DNA of 64,000 bases from an uncultured candidatus Brocadiaceae bacterium (GTDB lineage Bacteria; Planctomycetota; UBA1135; UBA2386), in NCBI GenBank assembly GCA_964543795.1, contig CAZIZN010000004.1, positions 83,988-147,987 on the forward strand, written 5' to 3'. Below, one piece after another: positions 62,684-64,000 of the stretch; the first letter of the stretch is position 1; each line of letters begins with the position of its first letter. The position numbers and the translations under genes were made by a program. Under the pieces are notes generated by a model. It saw only the letters and a list, made by a program, of their open reading frames with translations. It was not told where the DNA came from and did no database searches.

Positions 62684-62950
62684 TCATCGCTGCGGCTGCA
62701 CCCGCCGCAGCGCCGGCCACGCCAGTGCGGTCGCGACAGCACCGACGCCGAGCATCACCGGCAGGAGCCACGCCGCCGACCGGCCGCCGAGTTGCAGGTA
62801 GACCGTCACGTACAGTCCGACGGCACCGAGCCAGCACAAGCCGAACGCACCGGCCAGCGCGTGCGCGAGGCGCGGTCCGCGCAGCAGCCGGGCCACGGCG
62901 TTCGGCAACGCCGCCAACGCCAGCGCCACCGTGACGACGACATACTCCAT
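62684..62950 (-). CDS. Small hydrophobic protein (88 aa), hypothetical
   Basis: ATG at 62950. Three predicted helices. Supported by composition only. Confidence 0.35.
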   Translation of the reverse strand: MEYVVVTVALALAALPNAVARLLRGPRLAHALAGAFGLCWLGAVGLYVTVYLQLGGRSAAWLLPVMLGVGAVATALAWPALRRVQPQR

Positions 62951-63229
62951 GCCCGTGCATCGGCTGGCAGGACTCCGTCGTGCCACGCCGGCTCGCCGGC
63001 CGTCCCGGCGAGAGACCGGCCGAGGGGCTGCGGCTTCCGCCCCGTCACGACCGCCGGAGCCATCGGTGCCGCGCGCTCGCTCCCGCCGCGGCACGGCGCG
63101 GGCGGAGGCGCGGTCGGCCAGCCACCGCAGGGCGGAAGCGGCGCGGGAGTTTTCGGGCGGCGGTCGACGTTCTGCGCGCGCGCCGCACGGAGAGTGCGGC
63201 CGATCGTCCATCGATCCTCTTCAAACCTT

Positions 63230-63234
63230 GGAGG
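63230..63234 (+). promoter_or_regulatory. Shine-Dalgarno GGAGG, 5 nt upstream of the hsp20 ATG
   Basis: Read directly: TTGGAGGTTGTCATG. Confidence 0.5.
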
Positions 63235-63239
63235 TTGTC

Positions 63240-63686
63240 ATGCAGTACCTTGCACAACGACCGCATCGCGCGAATGGGACCATGCTCGATTTCCCGCGCT
63301 CGGTCGATGATCTGTTCCACCGGTTCTGGGGCGGCTCGAACCTGCGGGTCGTCGAAACCTGGACGCCGCCGGTCGACCTGATCGAGACGCCGCAGGCCTA
63401 CCTGCTGCGGCTCGAGATCCCGGGCGTCGACCCCGCCGACATCGAAGTCACGCTGGCGGGCGAGACGCTGACGGTGCGCGGCGAAAAGCGCGTCGCCGAA
63501 CAGAACGCCGACCAGACGTGGCATCTCAACGAGCGCCTCACGGGCCGCTTCGAACGCAGCTTCCGGCTGCCGGCGCCGGCTTCCGCCCAAGAGATCGAGG
63601 CGGAGGCGCGGCACGGCGTGCTGGCGATCCGCGTGGCGAAGGCCGCCGAAGCACAGCCCCGCAAGATCACGATCCGTCAAGCCTGA
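63240..63686 (+). CDS. Small heat-shock protein (Hsp20/alpha-crystallin family)
   Basis: ATG at 63240. The alpha-crystallin domain runs WTPPVDLIETPQAYLLRLEIPGVDPADIEVTLAGETLTVRGEK...GVLAIRV. Confidence 0.9.
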   Translation: MQYLAQRPHRANGTMLDFPRSVDDLFHRFWGGSNLRVVETWTPPVDLIETPQAYLLRLEIPGVDPADIEVTLAGETLTVRGEKRVAEQNADQTWHLNERLTGRFERSFRLPAPASAQEIEAEARHGVLAIRVAKAAEAQPRKITIRQA

Positions 63687-63724
63687 GCTGGCGGCAGTTC
63701 TGCGCGAGGCGCGCATCAATGCTG

Positions 63725-63757
63725 GCGTGGGCGCGGCCCTTGCGGGCCGACCCACGC
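63725..63757 (+). terminator. Candidate hairpin downstream of hsp20 (no U-tract)
   Basis: GCGTGGG-CGC-GGCCC-TTGC-GGGCC-GA-CCCACGC was read directly. It lacks a T run, so its role as a terminator is uncertain. Confidence 0.25.
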
Positions 63758-63919
63758 CGCCGTCGACGGGCGCAGGTCCGGGACCTCCCGCTGCCTGCTC
63801 GACACGGTCTGTCGGAGACGCGTGGGCGCGCGGCAGCCAACGACGAGGAAGCTCCTGTGGCCCGCACCACTCAGCGAGTGAGCCCGACCGCACTCCGCGC
63901 CACCGCGCCACCGCCCCCC

Positions 63920-64000
63920 TCAGCGCACCACCCAGTAGTTCAGCACCTGGAACTGCTGGGCCGTGCGCGGATCGCGGTGCACGTAGGTGAACAAGCCGTA
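63920..64000 (-). CDS. 3' end of an unidentified minus-strand gene running off the window
   Basis: The reverse complement reads ...YGLFTYVHRDPRTAQQFQVLNYWVVR-stop (TGA at 63920..63922). The composition is protein-like but only 26 codons are visible. Confidence 0.3.
   Translation of the reverse strand, partial: YGLFTYVHRDPRTAQQFQVLNYWVVR

Noticed and set aside
58438-62801. Two ORFs of over 1300 aa (58438..62742 minus strand; 58794..62801 plus strand) across the rfaE-like, pepP and membrane-protein region
   Set aside because: Both are shadow frames with Arg/Pro/Ala-rich composition and no motifs. The same DNA carries frames with clear M24 peptidase and cytidylyltransferase signatures.
63045-63911. 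288-aa minus-strand ORF overlapping hsp20
   Set aside because: It is antisense to a clear alpha-crystallin-domain gene that has a GGAGG ribosome-binding site, and its composition is Arg/Ala/Pro-rich.

Overview
High-GC (about 70% by eye) bacterial chromosomal segment, densely coded, with no rRNA, CRISPR array, transposase or obvious prophage. All calls rest on reading the translated frames and recognising motifs; no database search was run. Genuine frames stand out from the many long Arg/Ala/Pro/Gly-rich shadow ORFs typical of high-GC DNA. Gene content in order: (1) GT2 plus two SAM methyltransferases. (2) A housekeeping run on the minus strand: rpsB-tsf-pyrH-frr, tRNA-Lys(UUU), Trm112, a PpiD-like chaperone. 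(3) A GGDEF cyclase with a degenerate receiver, convergent with a gspF/pilC-like gene plus a HAMP histidine kinase. (4) A tightly coupled minus-strand run tatC-cinA-giant receptor Ser/Thr kinase-lipoprotein-PP2C phosphatase. (5) coaE-rho. (6) A 10-gene Mrp-type cation/proton antiporter cluster with three MrpD-like subunits. (7) A plus-strand block of FG-GAP/ASPIC protein, ECF sigma overlapping a 1288-aa receptor Ser/Thr kinase, and two Kelch exoproteins. (8) A seven-gene glycan locus (5 GT2, 1 GT4, 1 PIG-L deacetylase) joined mostly by 4-nt overlaps. (9) An ECF sigma/zf-HC2 anti-sigma pair, an aminotransferase, HD-GYP, a heptose adenylyltransferase-like gene, PepP, a GT-C-like membrane protein and Hsp20. 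Most notable: the anti-sigma-less ECF sigma/kinase pair inside a beta-propeller exoprotein block; the kinase-lipoprotein-phosphatase module, whose kinase has an atypical catalytic loop; a 126-132 aa two-Cys C-terminal module shared by three secreted proteins; a 130-bp tandem intergenic repeat; a perfect 40-bp inverted repeat with a related copy 18.8 kb away; and a Rho homologue with Walker-A Lys replaced by Arg. Taxonomy cannot be fixed from the window; the gene content is reminiscent of Planctomycetota- or Myxococcota-like genomes.
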